A DNA stretch of 64,000 nt. It comes from Callorhinchus milii (taxonomy: Eukaryota). Every line of letters starts with the position of its first letter. The stretch's first letter is position 1. Both the position numbers and the translations under genes were made by a program. The notes under the pieces were generated by a model. The model did not search any database. It was not told where the DNA came from and saw only the letters and a list, made by a program, of their open reading frames with translations. This document shows, piece after piece, positions 1-13,001 of this stretch. The DNA is taken from contig NW_024704743.1 of assembly GCF_018977255.1 (NCBI RefSeq), forward strand, positions 75,146,001-75,210,000, in the 5' to 3' direction.

Positions 1-696
1 TCCTTGAAGGTGGCAGGACAGGTAGATAAGGCTGTAAAAAGGGCATATGGGATACTAGGCTTTATAAATAGGGGCATAGAGTACAAGAGTCAGGAGGTTA
101 TGATTAACCTATATAAAGCACTGGTTAGGCCTCAGTTAGAATACTGCGCCCAGTTCTGGGCACCACACTATAGGAAGGATGTTAAGGCATTGGAAAGGGT
201 GCAGAGGAGATTTACAAGAATGGTACCAGGAATGAGGGACCTTGATTATGAGGAAAGACTAGAGAGGTTAGGATTATTCTCATTGGAGCAGAGAAGGTTA
301 TGAGGAGACCTAATAGAGGTCTTCAAAATCATGAGGGGATTTGATAGGTTAGAAAGAGAAAAACTATTTCCACTGGTGGGTGTGTCGGTGACTCGAGGTC
401 ACAGATTCAAAATAGTCTCTAAAAGAAGCAGAGGGGAGGTGAGAAGAAATTTTTTCACGCAGCGAGTTGTTCGAATCTGGAACGCATTGCCTGAAAGGGT
501 GGTCGAGGCCGATTCGATAACTACTTTTAAAAATGCGTTGGATGGGTATTTGAGGAGGACGGGTTTGCAGGGTTATGGGGAAAGGGCTGGGGAGTGGGAT
601 GGACATTAATTGCTCTATTCAAAGAGCCGGCACAAACTCGATGGGCCGAATGGCCTCTTTTTGTGCTGTACGATTCTATGATTCTATGATTCTGTG
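1..696 (+). mobile_element. CR1 LINE 3' end (ORF2 C-terminus, 3' UTR, tail), cut by the window edge
   Basis: ORFs 4-303 and 331-609 carry CR1 motifs (LYKALVRPQLEYCAQFWAPH, LERVQRRFTRM, RRNFFTQRVV). One in-frame TGA at 301-303. Ends in (ATTCTATG)n at 672-696. Confidence 0.95.
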
Positions 697-749
697 AGTA
701 GCTAATTGATTTGAATTTTGGGGTAGATTTGGATTATGTGAGAAATATC

Positions 750-1143
750 ATAATCCTTGCATTGATTTGGTCACTTGTCAATTTGCTTGAAGTATCACGA
801 AGCGCTGTATATTTTGCAGACGAACATTACGGCTAATTTGTGCATAGCATCTTCCAACAAACAGCCACAAAGTGAATAACCAATTTTATTTGGGGGATTA
901 TTGGCCAGGACATGGGGAGAAACTCTTCTCTTTTCAATAGTACCATGGGATCTGTAATGTCCATCTGAACAAGCAGACTTGACCTCGATTTAATGTCTCA
1001 TCCAAAGGCCGGCATCTCTGACAATGCAGTACACCCCCACCACTGTATTGAAGTGTCAGTTTAGACTATGAGTTCAAAGCCCTGACATGGGGCTTGAACC
1101 CACTACCTTCTGACTCGGAGGAGAGAGTGCCAACAGAACCAGG
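750..1143 (-). mobile_element. Old Deu-domain SINE (tRNA-like head, Deu central domain, L2-like tail)
   Basis: Reverse strand reads ...GGATGAGACATTAAATCGAGGTC...CAGATGGAC...GATCCCATGG..., matching the DeuSINE central domain. Head at ~1085-1143. Confidence 0.85.
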
Positions 1144-1683
1144 AAGACACAATGATAAACCAGGATAATTAGGAAAATGACTCCATGCATCTTTGAAACA
1201 GAAATGGCAGTGCAGTCCACTTTCATCCACTTTAATGCTACTTACACCCACTTTTTGTCTAAAAAAGAATCATAGTGCCAGTTTCGTGCTGCTGTGTACA
1301 ATGTTTTGGTTCTGTTAATAGCCCAAAATGGCTGTAAACCCCAGTGTGGTAAGTAAAACTCGGATTCCCTCCTGATAAACCTCGAGTTGTCTGCCTGGAG
1401 CACGACATGGAGAGTTAGCATTCCAAAGATTAATGCGACACGCTGCTCAGACCTAGTACTCATTGAGGGATGAGCTATCTAAAGGTACACAATCACATGC
1501 TCTTCTATGAGTGTACAGTATACAGTATCCCGAAGGGGACTCTGTACTTTTAGAGATTGACTGATATGGTACTGACCTGTTTTTGATGGACAAAATTTCT
1601 CGTTGCTGTTATGCATTGCCGAGTTGATAGAGGCACAGGCCAGCTTTTAATGGGATCAGTGGAATTTTTTCACTCATGTTTGA

Positions 1684-1969
1684 CAATGGTGAGCCAAGCG
1701 TTTTTAACTGGTTAAACTCCAGCAGTACCCCAACACACACTCTGAAGTCCCCAAGCCTTGGCTCCTGCCAACCTGTGCCCAATAATTTCCCGAATTAGGT
1801 AAGCAGGATGTGTCTCTCCAGGGAGAGAGTGCGCATTCCATTCCAACAATCTATCTCTGGGATTTCCATGTGTGGGTGGGATGCATGGGAATCTCAGCTT
1901 GGTTTGGATACCCTTAAGCATGGTGATGGGTTTCAGCATGTGTCAGACACCCAGCTGACAAAAAAAAAA
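1684..1969 (+). mobile_element. Unclassified poly(A)-ended dispersed repeat ('family X'), copy A
   Basis: Homologous to eight other loci in the window. Ends TCAGACACCCAGCTGAC followed by an A run. Confidence 0.8.
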
Positions 1970-2029
1970 TCACTCATCTTCAAGCCACCAAGTACTCCTG
2001 GTCACATAAAGTGAAGCCAGAAGTCTACT

Positions 2030-2835
2030 GCTGCCATCAGTCCTGTGAGACTTAAGACTGCCCCATAATTGTTTTGTCACATCCTCACTAGCTCAGCAGT
2101 GTTGTGGCATCTCATTGAGAGCTGGCCTGCACCTCTATCAATTCAGCAACTCACTTTGAATGGCCACCTCAATGATACTGCATATACAATCTAGTTATTT
2201 TTTGTGTATGGTGATATCTGCTTTATTACAGATTACTGTTCTATCTGTATGCGCTTGTGAGTCCCAGATTATGGTGATATTATCTTTTGATATCACTTTT
2301 GCTGGTCAATGTTCATACTTTGATATTGATGTAAAGACCAAAATCAATATCAAAGTATTTACAGATTGTCCGATTAATATATTTAGCTACTTTGTTATGT
2401 TGAATCAGATATTTTGTTTGTGCTAGGGCTGAACATGATGATAATATGTGGTCTACTGATGCTTGATAATAATAATAATAATAATCCTTGCATTTGATAT
2501 AGCGCTTTTCAAGTCTTCTAGACGTCTCAAAGCACTTCAAAAAATTTGCTGGAAAGTGAATTGACTGTATATTTGTGTTCGAAACACGGCAGCCAATTGC
2601 GCACAGCAATGTCCCACAGACAGTCGTGGATTGAAAATGACCAATTTATTATTGTTTTTTGTTTTGGAGGGATTATTATTATTAGACGTGTGGAGTAAGT
2701 AAACTTGCCCAAGGTTTTGCCCTGCCTGGAATTGAACCCAGGTGTCTCGCTTGCAAGGCGAGTGCTCTAACCACTGAGCTACAGGACTCCACATATGCTT
2801 GAGGGCATATTTGAGATTTCAGATCAATATTATTA
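2030..2835 (-). mobile_element. R4/Dong-clade non-LTR retrotransposon fossil (zinc knuckle and RLE), interrupted by a SINE
   Basis: Minus-strand translation gives SQICPQA|SVDHILSSCSALAQTKYLIQHNKVAKYI, then after a frameshift IIWDSQAHTDRTVICNKADITI...IIEVAI. Confidence 0.8.
2467..2794 (-). mobile_element. Young tRNA-Ala(TGC)-derived SINE, full length
   Basis: Head GTGGAGTCCTGTAGCTCAGTGGTTAGAGC with A and B boxes, (TTA)n tail, and 8-bp TSD ATGCTTGA at 2459-2466 and 2795-2802. Confidence 0.95.
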
Positions 2836-2989
2836 TTTTTTTATTTATTATTATAAGTGGCTATAAACCAGGCCTGTGTGAAACAACAGATTGGGATAAA
2901 GAAAACTCTTTGATCCCTTTGATCTCTTTGTTCTAGAATACATGCCCTGGTGTCTTACCATTACAGTATCAAGCTGTTCCTTAATAAAT

Positions 2990-3180
2990 CCTATGCCCCT
3001 GCTCTACTACTCTTCCCATGAAGCAATTCCAGCTGTGCATTATCCTCCAAGTAAAGAAATACTTCCTGGTGTCTGTTCTGAAATTGCACTTCACAATCTT
3101 CAACCTGTGTGTCTTTTTCCTGCTACTTCGCACGTCTGATTTGGAGGCATTTTTAAGGACATGTTTTTGAGCCTTTAACA
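2990..3180 (-). mobile_element. Decayed CR1-like 3' ORF2 fragment
   Basis: Minus ORF contains HRLKIVKCNFRTDTRKYFFTWRIMHSWN, like the CR1 C-terminus. Confidence 0.7.
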
Positions 3181-4363
3181 ATTTGCAATAGCTTTAAATG
3201 GCTTTCTACTCAATAATGCAGCATGTCAACAAAGCAAAAGTGGTGTTTGTGCAATGTGCAAGCGAGGAATGAAGCTTGCCTCTTCAGTGTGAAGGAAGGC
3301 TGCTCTCTGCAGAATGTAACAGGCTTCAAAGCTAAATGCAAAACTCCAGCGGAAATGTTTTGGTTCTCCATTGGCACAAAAAAAAATCAGAACACTGATC
3401 ACACAGGCATCCTTTTCAACAACAACAACTTGCATGTATATAGCGTCCTTCTTACCGAGTAGCATCTCAGAGCGTTTTTCTGTTAGATGCTTCTGTCAGT
3501 CAGTTTAATAGTAAGCTTCCTAGTGTCAGGAACATTTGTGAAGAGGGATCTTGTGCTGGAGATATTAATTCCCTTTGGATTGAAGATTATTTTTATCCCC
3601 TTTCACCAATCCCTCTGAAGTTATTTTCAAAAACACAGTTGGAAGCTTTTGGAATAATTATCTTCAAAGCAATGCAGAATTGAAGCAAATGTTACCCACT
3701 GGCACTTGTACATTAAAGAATTTGCAATGTTTTACTAGCCACAAGTTCAGAATCGAAAAATCAATACAAATATTCACCTTTCGACAGCTGTATATGTACA
3801 GACTTCATCTAGATAAACACAGTTTGTGTCATATCAATACACATACACACACACACCATCATTCACATTTTTGTGCATGTAATTGTGTGATATTCATTAC
3901 ACAGCTGTGAGTACATTGACATAGATTCATTACACAAAAAAACATGTATTACAGATAAAAAGATACTGCAATATTTATGATACAGCTGTATGTACAGAGA
4001 CTGTGATATTGATTGTACGGCTGTATTAGTCAAATGTGACAGTATTAATGGCTTGGGTCTTTCCAACCCTCTTTGACTCTCTGTGCTACCCTGGCCAAAA
4101 TGGTCAAGTGATGAACTGTTCCCACATTCTCAGGTCTGTACCCCTGCAGCTTTGGGAACCAGAGAACTCTCTTACTACAGTTGTTCTTCCCGGCAGTGCA
4201 TCACTGAAAAAAAATTAGCACTTTTATATAGAATTACCTAAACGGTACAGTACTGAAACAGGCCATTAATCCAATTAGTCTGTGACAATGTTTATACTGC
4301 ACATTAGCCTCCATCCCTCCTCATCTACTTTGCTGTCATTTGCTATTGGCCAGCAATAGCAGC

Positions 4364-4692
4364 AATAATAATAATAATAATCCTTGCATTTGATATAGCG
4401 CTTTTCACGTCGGGAGGATGTCCCAAAGCGCTTCACAGAACACACTGTAAAGTGAATTGACTGTAATATTTGTGGCCGAACGCGGCAGCCAATTGCGCAC
4501 AGCAATGTCCCACAAACAGTCGTAGATTGAAAATGATCAATTTATTTATGTTTTTGGTTTTGGAGGGATTATTATTAGGCTCTGTGTGGAGTAAGGAAAC
4601 TTGCCCAAGGTTTCGCCCTCTGCCTGGAATTGAACTCAGGTCTCTCGCTTGCAAAGCGAGTGCTCTAACCACTGAGCTACAGGACTCCCACA
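4364..4692 (-). mobile_element. Young tRNA-Ala-derived SINE
   Basis: Near-identical to the copies at 21379, 28460 and 49844. (TTA)n tail. Confidence 0.95.
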
Positions 4693-5399
4693 ATGACTGT
4701 GTATGTGTGCACAAGCACATTGGTATATGAGCGTGCAGATGTTCATATATGTCTGTGCATACATGTGCACATGTGTGTGGATGTGCCACTTACATGAGTA
4801 TATGAGAACATGTGTATACTGCCATGCAGTCCGCCTATGAAATACAGTCACTACACTTTGCAAAAAATCCTGCAAATTAGGTCCTTACAATAAATTATTT
4901 TTTCTAAAATGTTTTTGGATGTGTGCTCCCTTAAGGCTGGAGTCTCTGTGTGCTCTCAGGTATCAATGAGGCAGCAGTTATCCTGGCTCAGACTGTCAGC
5001 TCCTCCCTTCTGCTGCTCAGTGTGATTAATGGAGTGGTTCTCAGTTGGGAAGAGACTCTTAGCAACACAGTGTTCAAAGCTGATTTACTTCACCTTAATA
5101 CGTGACATGTGTTTGATTAGGATTTCCTCTCCTGCCGCTTGTACCACGAGTTACAGTCTGAAGTGGCGACAGAGTACTGGGAACCAGTCAACATTGCTTC
5201 AAATATACACTTATATATCATTTTATATAATTTTACCTGTCTTTTCCTCACATCCTCTGTAGTTTACCTTTTTAGATAGTTATCCAGTTCCCTTTTGAAA
5301 GCTAATATTGATTCTGTCTCAATAACTGCTCCCGGCAGGGCATTCCACATCCTAACTACTCTGTGTGTGAAATATCTTTTCTTTGTGGTGCTTCTCTTC

Positions 5400-6085
5400 T
5401 CTCTCTCTTTCTCTCTTCTGACTAAATGACTGACTGTCTGGATGAGCTATAACTTTCTCCAATTGAATGTCGACAAGACAGAGGCTCTCCTGCTTGGTTC
5501 GTATCAGCACCTTTTTACCTCAGATGCTGACTGCATTGATTTGCAAGGGTCACTTCACCTCATGGAGACATTGCAGAACTTGGTATCTTGTTTTGACCTT
5601 TCAACTGTCCTTAAACCTGACTATCAGTAGCTCTGCTTCTCTCTCCACTGCTATATTGCTTGCCTCTGGCGCTAGCTCTCTCACAAGCTGCTGCAACAAT
5701 CTTGCTTTCATCACTTGCAGGCTCAATTACTTATGCTCGTGTCCCTGTCAAAGTAGGCTGAGCGAGACTATCATGCCCATCCTCACCCGGCTCCATAGGC
5801 TCCCCATCCCCCAGCAGATCAAATTCAAGATCCTCTTTCTCACCTTTAAATCCCTCCATCGTCTCTCCCCAGCCAAACTCTGTGGCCTCCTTCAACCCTA
5901 CCGACCTGGCCGCTCCTTTTGTCTCCTTCATGCCCCCCGCCACATCTGGCCCATCAGTGGACTGCTTTCAGGCATTCTGCACTTGCTCTCTACAGCTCCA
6001 ATCTTTCGGGCTTCAAAATCCACCTTAAGACCTGCCACTTTGACTGGGCTTCTGGCTGCCTTTCCCTTCCCCCTCCTTGGCTCCC
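5400..6085 (+). mobile_element. L2 LINE 3' fragment, decayed
   Basis: Peptides MSYNFLQLNVDKTEALLLGS and PILTRLHRLPIPQQIKFKIL are homologous to the L2 ORF at 48565-49506. Confidence 0.9.
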
Positions 6086-6087
6086 TC

Positions 6088-6445
6088 GTGTTGGGAGGAC
6101 GTCCCAAAGTGCTGGACAGTAAAGGATTTGCACCCGAGCTGGTGGTTGGAATCAGGAGAGGTGTGGGGCAGGGAGGGTAGGGGTAGGAGGGTAACCGAAG
6201 GCATGCTCAAAGAGTAAGGTCTTGAGATGGGCCTTGAAGGAGGCAAGGGAGGGGGCGAGGCAAAGGGATGTGAGATGGAGTTCAAAAGGTGGGGGTAGAG
6301 AGGCTGAAGGTCTGATCGCCAATGGTGGAGCAGGCAGAGCAGGGGACATGTAGTAGGCAGGAGTATGCTGAGCGGAGGGAGCAGAGAGGCCAGTATGCCA
6401 CTAGCAGGTCACAGAGATAGGGAGGAGCAAGGCCATGGAGGGCCA
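6088..6445 (-). mobile_element. L2 LINE 3' fragment, tail-to-tail with the previous one
   Basis: Reverse strand encodes SLASFKAHLKTLLFEHAF and ends in the CTTTGGGACGTCCTCCC stem-loop. Confidence 0.85.
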
Positions 6446-7472
6446 ACATCTGCCCTGACTATAAACAGACTGTCTTCTTAACAACCTCCAAAATCTACCC
6501 TGTCTATAAATAATCTGTCTCCTGACTAGACTCTGACAATTCTCCCTTAATCTAAAAGAAAGACGAGGATAAACCCTTCAAAAAATGCCGTACGATATAT
6601 TTTGGACTATCAAAAAATTCAAGATGTCAAGGCCAACTCTAAAAGAACATTAATTTCTTTTAAAAAGAACACCTTCATAGATTGAGGCAACACATCTGAC
6701 CTGAGTTGTTCATATTCAATTCAACAAGGAATCTTGCTGGAAAGTCAGTGCTCTCATGAAGTGACATGAGTGGGGTTTCCTTCAGCATCAGAGGTGTACC
6801 ACAGTGCGATCACGCTATAAGCACTACAACTGAAGTGCAACTGGAGTCTAATTTATGGGATTTCTCAATGGGATTCCTTCATAAGGAATCCAAGCCACAA
6901 GATCTCAAGAGTAGTTTGGATGAAGAAGGCCCTTTGGCTCATTTGATTTAATCTATCCAGAACACCCAACATCCTGTCTTCCCCTCACAGCGTCGAGCCA
7001 TTTTTTTTAAATGAGTCCAGCGTTCCATCTTCAACCACCCTTCCTAGCAACTTGGGCCTCCTTGCGGTACATAGAATTAGGTCATGTTGACCCATGGGAA
7101 TTATGCCATACGTATCCACTTCTGGAGTTCCCTGGGGTCCTGGTAGACCAGAATACTAATATAAGAAATACCATGAACAAAATACCACAATTTAGTCCCC
7201 TTTAATAAATTGGCTCCCATATGATGTTATGGAGGGTCTGCTTTCCTTCAGGTTCAATCAATCAAATAAATGAAACAACCCCGCCTCAGGAAACGTCCTC
7301 CTCCACCTGAGGAGCAAACACGTCATTCGGGAGTGGCACTTCAGCTCAGTATTCTAGTCAGTGTTCATTTTGGCAATGTTTAAATGCTGGTTTGCTGGTC
7401 CTTCTTAACTCATCTTAAAATGTTGTTCTGTGAAGCTTTCTCTGAATATGTCAAATGATACCCCCCTCTTTC

Positions 7473-8020
7473 TAGAATCATAGAATCATAGAACATTACA
7501 CCACAGAAGGAGGCAATTCCGCCCATCGTGCCTGTGCCCGCTCTTTGGAAGAGTTACCCAATCAGTCCCACTCCCCCATTCTTTCCCCATATCTTTGCAA
7601 ATTTTTCCTTTTCAAGTACATATCCAATTCCCTTTTGAAAGTTGTTATTGAATCAGTTTCCACCACCCTTTCAGGCAGTGCATTCCAGACCGTAACAACA
7701 CTTCGGGTGAAAAAAATTCTCTTCATCTCCTCTTTTTTGCAAATTATCTTGAATCTATGTCCACTGGTTACTGATCCACCTGCCAGTGGAAATAGTTTCT
7801 ACTCTATCAAATCCCTTCATAATTTTGAACACCTCTATTAAATCTCCCCTTAACCTTCTCGGTTCTAAGGAGAACAAACCCAGAAGCTCTAGTCTCTACG
7901 CATAACTAAAGTCCATCATACCTGGTACAATTCTGGTAGATCTCCTCTTTTGTGAAATCAGATGCAAAGTACCAATTCAGTACCTCAGCCATGCCCTCTG
8001 CCTCCAATAAGAACTTTTCC
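7473..8020 (-). mobile_element. CR1 3' end joined to an internal ORF2 piece
   Basis: (ATTCTATG)-type tail at 7473-7493 and homology to 1-696. 7950-8005 reads EAEGMAEVLNWYFASDF on the minus strand. Confidence 0.88.
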
Positions 8021-10010
8021 TTTTTGGTCCTTTTTCTTTCATTTGCAGCAGCGATTTCTGCAGCTTTTCAAACACAACAAAAGCTAATGAGGCACAGACC
8101 AGTTGTCCTCACTGGAACCCCACTAAAGTGGTCCTAGGATCAGATGATTAATAGATACCATGATTGGGATTGAAGCTCTTGTGATAAATTCTGATAATTT
8201 ACCATTTGTAATTTTCCTACAAAGTGGCCCCAAATCTTCAAAACCTGGGACTGAAGTTTGCTGAGGGCTTGGAATTCATTCTGCCATTAAAGGGACTGGT
8301 CGTAACAGTTTTAAAACTACTGTAACCTCAAAGTCTTGTAGTTGGCAATAATTTCACTATTATTGTAAGAAAAGGTGGGGTAAGAAATATGACATGTATT
8401 GTTATCACAAAATACACAGTCACGCCACTTCACAGTATATCCTATGAAGGGCTTTGAGATGTCTCATCAACGTGATAAGGCACAGTATCAAATGCAACGA
8501 TTATCATCATTATTGTCAAATGCACGGATGGAAATTGCAATAAAAATGCAATTTCCTCCCTCTTTCTTTCACTCTCTTTCTTTCTCTCTTTCTCTCATTT
8601 TCTTAGGATTTACAAATAACCAAACAGGATGACGTGACAGTGCTCATGTCTTCCCATTATTTCAGTCACAATGCTTTATCAGTGTTATCATTGACGTACC
8701 ACATAAGTCAGCCATAACCCTATATAATTGAAAGCCTTCATAATTGAAACCCGTTCCAGTTTTGTTATCAGAAATAAATTAAAACTGGGAATGACTATTA
8801 AGATTACATAATCATTCTTTTGTTAATTAAAAAATCTGCAGGGTCCTCATTGTCACTTTTAAATAGGCACCGTGTCTGTTCTATCTCAGTGACCATATGT
8901 TAATCCAGAGTATGGTTGTGTGTAATACAATTCAAAAGGATGGATTTGGTGTAAAATTTATGTTTCTAATAACATTTGCTGAAAGTGATTAGCGAAGAAG
9001 TTTGCAATGGCTGCATGATAGATATGCATCTTGGACAAAAATACGTCAAGGAGCTTTTGAGGTAATGATGTATGCTATGGGGAGTCTCATTACCTTATAG
9101 ATCAATGAATACATGAATTTGTGAGAAAGACTGGATCCTCACTCACATTCTGAGCACCGTTCTTGTCATCACACATTAACGGTGGGATCTAAATGGCAGC
9201 ATTTCTGATTGGGATACCATTTACCAGACTGACTTTCACTGCCATTTTGATGAGAAAGAATAGCAGATGTCAATTCCCATGTATATTCCCATTGGATATT
9301 GCAATACAGCCCTCAGAGTACTTAGCAACATAGCAATGTACGTGACTCGAAAAGACAATTGAGGTCCATCTGGCCAGGCCCAAGGTAAAAAAAACCATTA
9401 CTTTTTTTCTCTTTTACTCAGCCTCTGCCACTCATCTCTTGTTTAGTTTGAACATTCCCAACTTCTTCATAACTTATAATTTCAGCTATCCAAATTAGTT
9501 TTCCTACACTGGGCCCACTTTAATGCCAGATATCTTCCCTATAATAATATAATAGTTCTTGCATTTGGTATAGTGCTTTTCACGTCAAGAGGATGTCCCA
9601 AAGCGCTTTATGGGGTTTACTGTATAGTGTAGAGACTGTGAAACGCAGTGTTCAGAACTATCCACAGTTACCTCGGTGGTGCGCAGTAATGCCATTCACA
9701 AGTTCAATATCACTTCCTGAGATTTACCCTTTAGCTTTAGGCCAAGATCCTGTTTGATTTGTTCACTGCCAGCACACAATGTAGTGATAGTTTTAGGATC
9801 ACAAATCCCTTCCCAGTGCAGTGCGGTAGACTAATATCATTTAGCGTACCATGGAACCATAGAAATGAACAAGACAGAAGGAGGCCATTCGGCTCATTAT
9901 TTTGCTCCTCAATAATTTCAACAAGTTGGGCTTATATATGATCCTTCACACAGGAAAGCATTTCAGAGCATTGCCCAATTCAGTGTTGGACACCGAGCGA
10001 GGGAAATCAG

Positions 10011-10192
10011 ACATTCTAATCCCAGAACAGCAGTGTCCCACAATCAGCCATGGAGTGAATGATCAACTTTATCTGAGGGATTGTTGGCAGGACATCAGAC
10101 AAAACTCCTTTTTCATTTCGAATAGTGCCATGGGATCTTTAATGTCCACCTGAACAGGCAGACAGGACCTTGGCTTAACATCTCATCTGAAG
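10011..10192 (-). mobile_element. Deu-domain SINE fragment
   Basis: Contains ATAGTGCCATGGGATCTTTAATGTCCACCTGAACAGGCAGAC (Deu domain, reversed). Confidence 0.8.
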
Positions 10193-10651
10193 TTGTTGTC
10201 TATCCCCAGAGAGAAAGTTCCAGGTGCATGAGATGTTGACACAGTACGAATGACAGGAATATAAATACACACTCTGAGCACTGACACATAGAGTACCTAC
10301 TAACCACCAGGAACAGAACACCCAGACTGACACTTTCCAGACTGACGCTTTTAAAATATCAATTTATTTACAGCTCTGAGCCACAGAGACAGCAACGTTA
10401 GATTAGTTCTCACAGAAATGTCTAACTTGAACTGCTTGTTGTTGGACCATTAACCAATGCTGTTCTGGGACTTGTGCTTCTGGCTCCAGAGACAGTAAGA
10501 ACATCACAGCTTGGTTGGCACTGGATTAATTTAGGAAGTTTCCATGCAGAGCTGTAGCCCAGGAGACAAAGTGGATAAGGGGAAGTCTCTGATAGGTAGG
10601 CTTTATGTGGACTGGGAGAGAGTAGGTTAAAATGGCCCTTTCTCATAGGTA

Positions 10652-10867
10652 TACCCTAATGCACACTCTGAGGGCCCCTAATACCTTTCCAGAATCATGT
10701 AAGCAGGATGCGTCTCTCCGGGGAGAGAGTGTGTATTCCATTCCAACAATCTATCTCTGGGATTTCCATGTGTAGGTGAGATGCATGAGAATCCCAGCTT
10801 GGTTTGGATACTCTTAAGATGGTGATGGGTTTCCACATGTTTCAGACACCCGGCTCACCAAAAAAAA
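10652..10867 (+). mobile_element. Family X copy B
   Basis: Shares CCATTCCAACAATCTATCTCTGGGATTTCCATGTG with copy A. Ends CAGACACCCGGCTCACC plus an A run. Confidence 0.8.
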
Positions 10868-11544
10868 TCATTGATATGTTACCACCAGATTGATTAAAAG
10901 CCACTCAATCTCATAGTAGAAGAAGGAAAACAGCCCAGTTTCACAATTACATGGAACAGTATGTCCAAGCAGTCCATGCCAGTTATATTGTACATGAACC
11001 TCCAGCCCTCCTAATCCCCTCTCCCTCACCACCTGTTTCCTTCTCCTTCATGTATGCATTATGAATAAGAAATTATAGCATTAAAACTAAACAGAAATAG
11101 AGAAATCTAAGCGCACACGTAGGCCATTCGGCCCATCAAGTCGCAACAGCTCACGGAGCAAAGAATCAAATTCAATCTTACCACTATATCCCCTTACCTG
11201 TTCCAACATATGACTCAGATATCATTGTGTTCACAGAACTCCTTTGTTGGGCAAACAAATAAATCAGCAGACATGTATCTACTTCACTTCATTACTTACC
11301 CGTGTTCACCCTGGTACTCTATTTAGATACTTTCATTTATGAACCCTTCCTAAGTGTCCCAGCTTGTGCCCGATATAACAATACCCCTTTAAACCTCTCT
11401 GTTTCATATCTATCTACTTAAATATTGTCCAGTGGTATTTTAGTCTGAATACTGCCAGCATTCCAGGCCTTAGAATGTACTTGTATCTCACCAACCTGGA
11501 GTGTCTAAAAAGGCTTTGAGCTCTTGTAGGGGGAGAAATTATAG

Positions 11545-11804
11545 GGTCCAAAAGAACCACAGGGGAGATGAGGAGAATTTTTTTACAGAGAGTTGTTAGG
11601 AATGCACAGAGGAATGCATTGCCTAAAGGATTGGTAGAAACAGATTCAATAACAACTTTCAAAAGGGAATTAGATAGGTACTTGAAAAGGGGTATGGGGA
11701 AAGAGCGGGGGAATAAGACTGATTGGTAGCTCTTCCAAAGAGCCGGCAGAGGCACGATGGGCCGATTGGCCTCCTTCTGTGCTGTAATATTCTATTATTC
11801 TATG
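11545..11804 (+). mobile_element. CR1 3' end
   Basis: AAAGAGCCGGCA...GATGGGCCGA...CCTCCTTCTGTGCTGTA followed by an ATTCTA(T/TG) tail. Confidence 0.88.
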
Positions 11805-13001
11805 AAATTCCACCTGGGTCTACACTTACTCTACTTTCCTAACCATCCAGTGTTCAGAATTTAGCAAATTCTTCAATACAGCTTTAATTTTGCAGTCTAT
11901 TCCTATACCTCTTAAGAACTACAGAAAACTGTATTCAACAATTTGCCAAAATCTAGACACTGAACTAGAGTAAGTCCGGGCACAGCTGGAATCTCTCTCC
12001 TGTAAAGAGCATCTTTACTAAACAATGGCCTTCTTTGCCGGGAGGTAAATGGCACGTGCCTGGGACTAACTGTAACCGGGGGATACATATAAGATGGAGT
12101 TTAGGTATCTGAAAGAAAATTTAGGAGGAACATCTTCATGCAAAGGGTAGTGAGATTGTGAATAGATACATTTATAATAATCCTTGCATTTGAAATAGCG
12201 CCTTGTCACATCGTTGAGACGTCTCAAAGGCTTCACATGATATACTGTAAAGTGGATTGACTGTGAATTTTGCATTTAAGATGAAGTTAGATATACACAT
12301 GAGGGAGAAGGGAATAGAAGAGTATGGGAGGGAGTAAAGATTGGGTGCAGACTCATATGGAGTATTAACACCCGAACGGAATAGTTGGGCCAAATGGCCT
12401 TTTTCTGTGCTATACAGTCTACATAAATGTAAATCTATGTAAATAGATCTTTACTACTTTACTGACTGACCAGCCTGTCTGGCTCATGAGTGAGAATTGA
12501 GCTTGTAGGTGTATTTTCAACCCTGTGAGCTAAAGGTAGAACAGGTCTTGTGGTCTAAGCTGGATAGGTAGGCACTGGGAAACATATCAGTTCTTTTATT
12601 ATTGGGCATCTCCAGCAGTCTGCAATGTATAAACATTACTGACTGCAGCACTTGCATCAATGTGAGAAATGCTGAAATGTATTTTCTTGCTGGAGGCCAG
12701 TTACTGCAGTGTGATTTACATTTTCAGCTTGCAACAGCTATAACAGCTACCGCAAATATTTTTTATGCGGGGAGGGAGGATGAGGGCCTAAATGGGAATT
12801 AGTCAGAGGAACAAGGACAGTCTCCTCTTTCTGTGATTTCTTTCTGCCTTTGCCTACAAAATACACAGCCACAGGATTTTACAATACATCCTGTGAAGCA
12901 CTTTGAGATTTCACCCTCCTACCCTAATTGGCACTACACCAAATGCAAGGATTAATATTATTATTATGTTTCAGTGTGAAGATTCTGAACAAATAGAAAC
13001 T

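Noticed and set aside
3780..4025. Cluster of ACAGCTGT E-box motifs
   Set aside because: It sits in a decayed CA/TA-rich quasi-repeat with no evidence of function.
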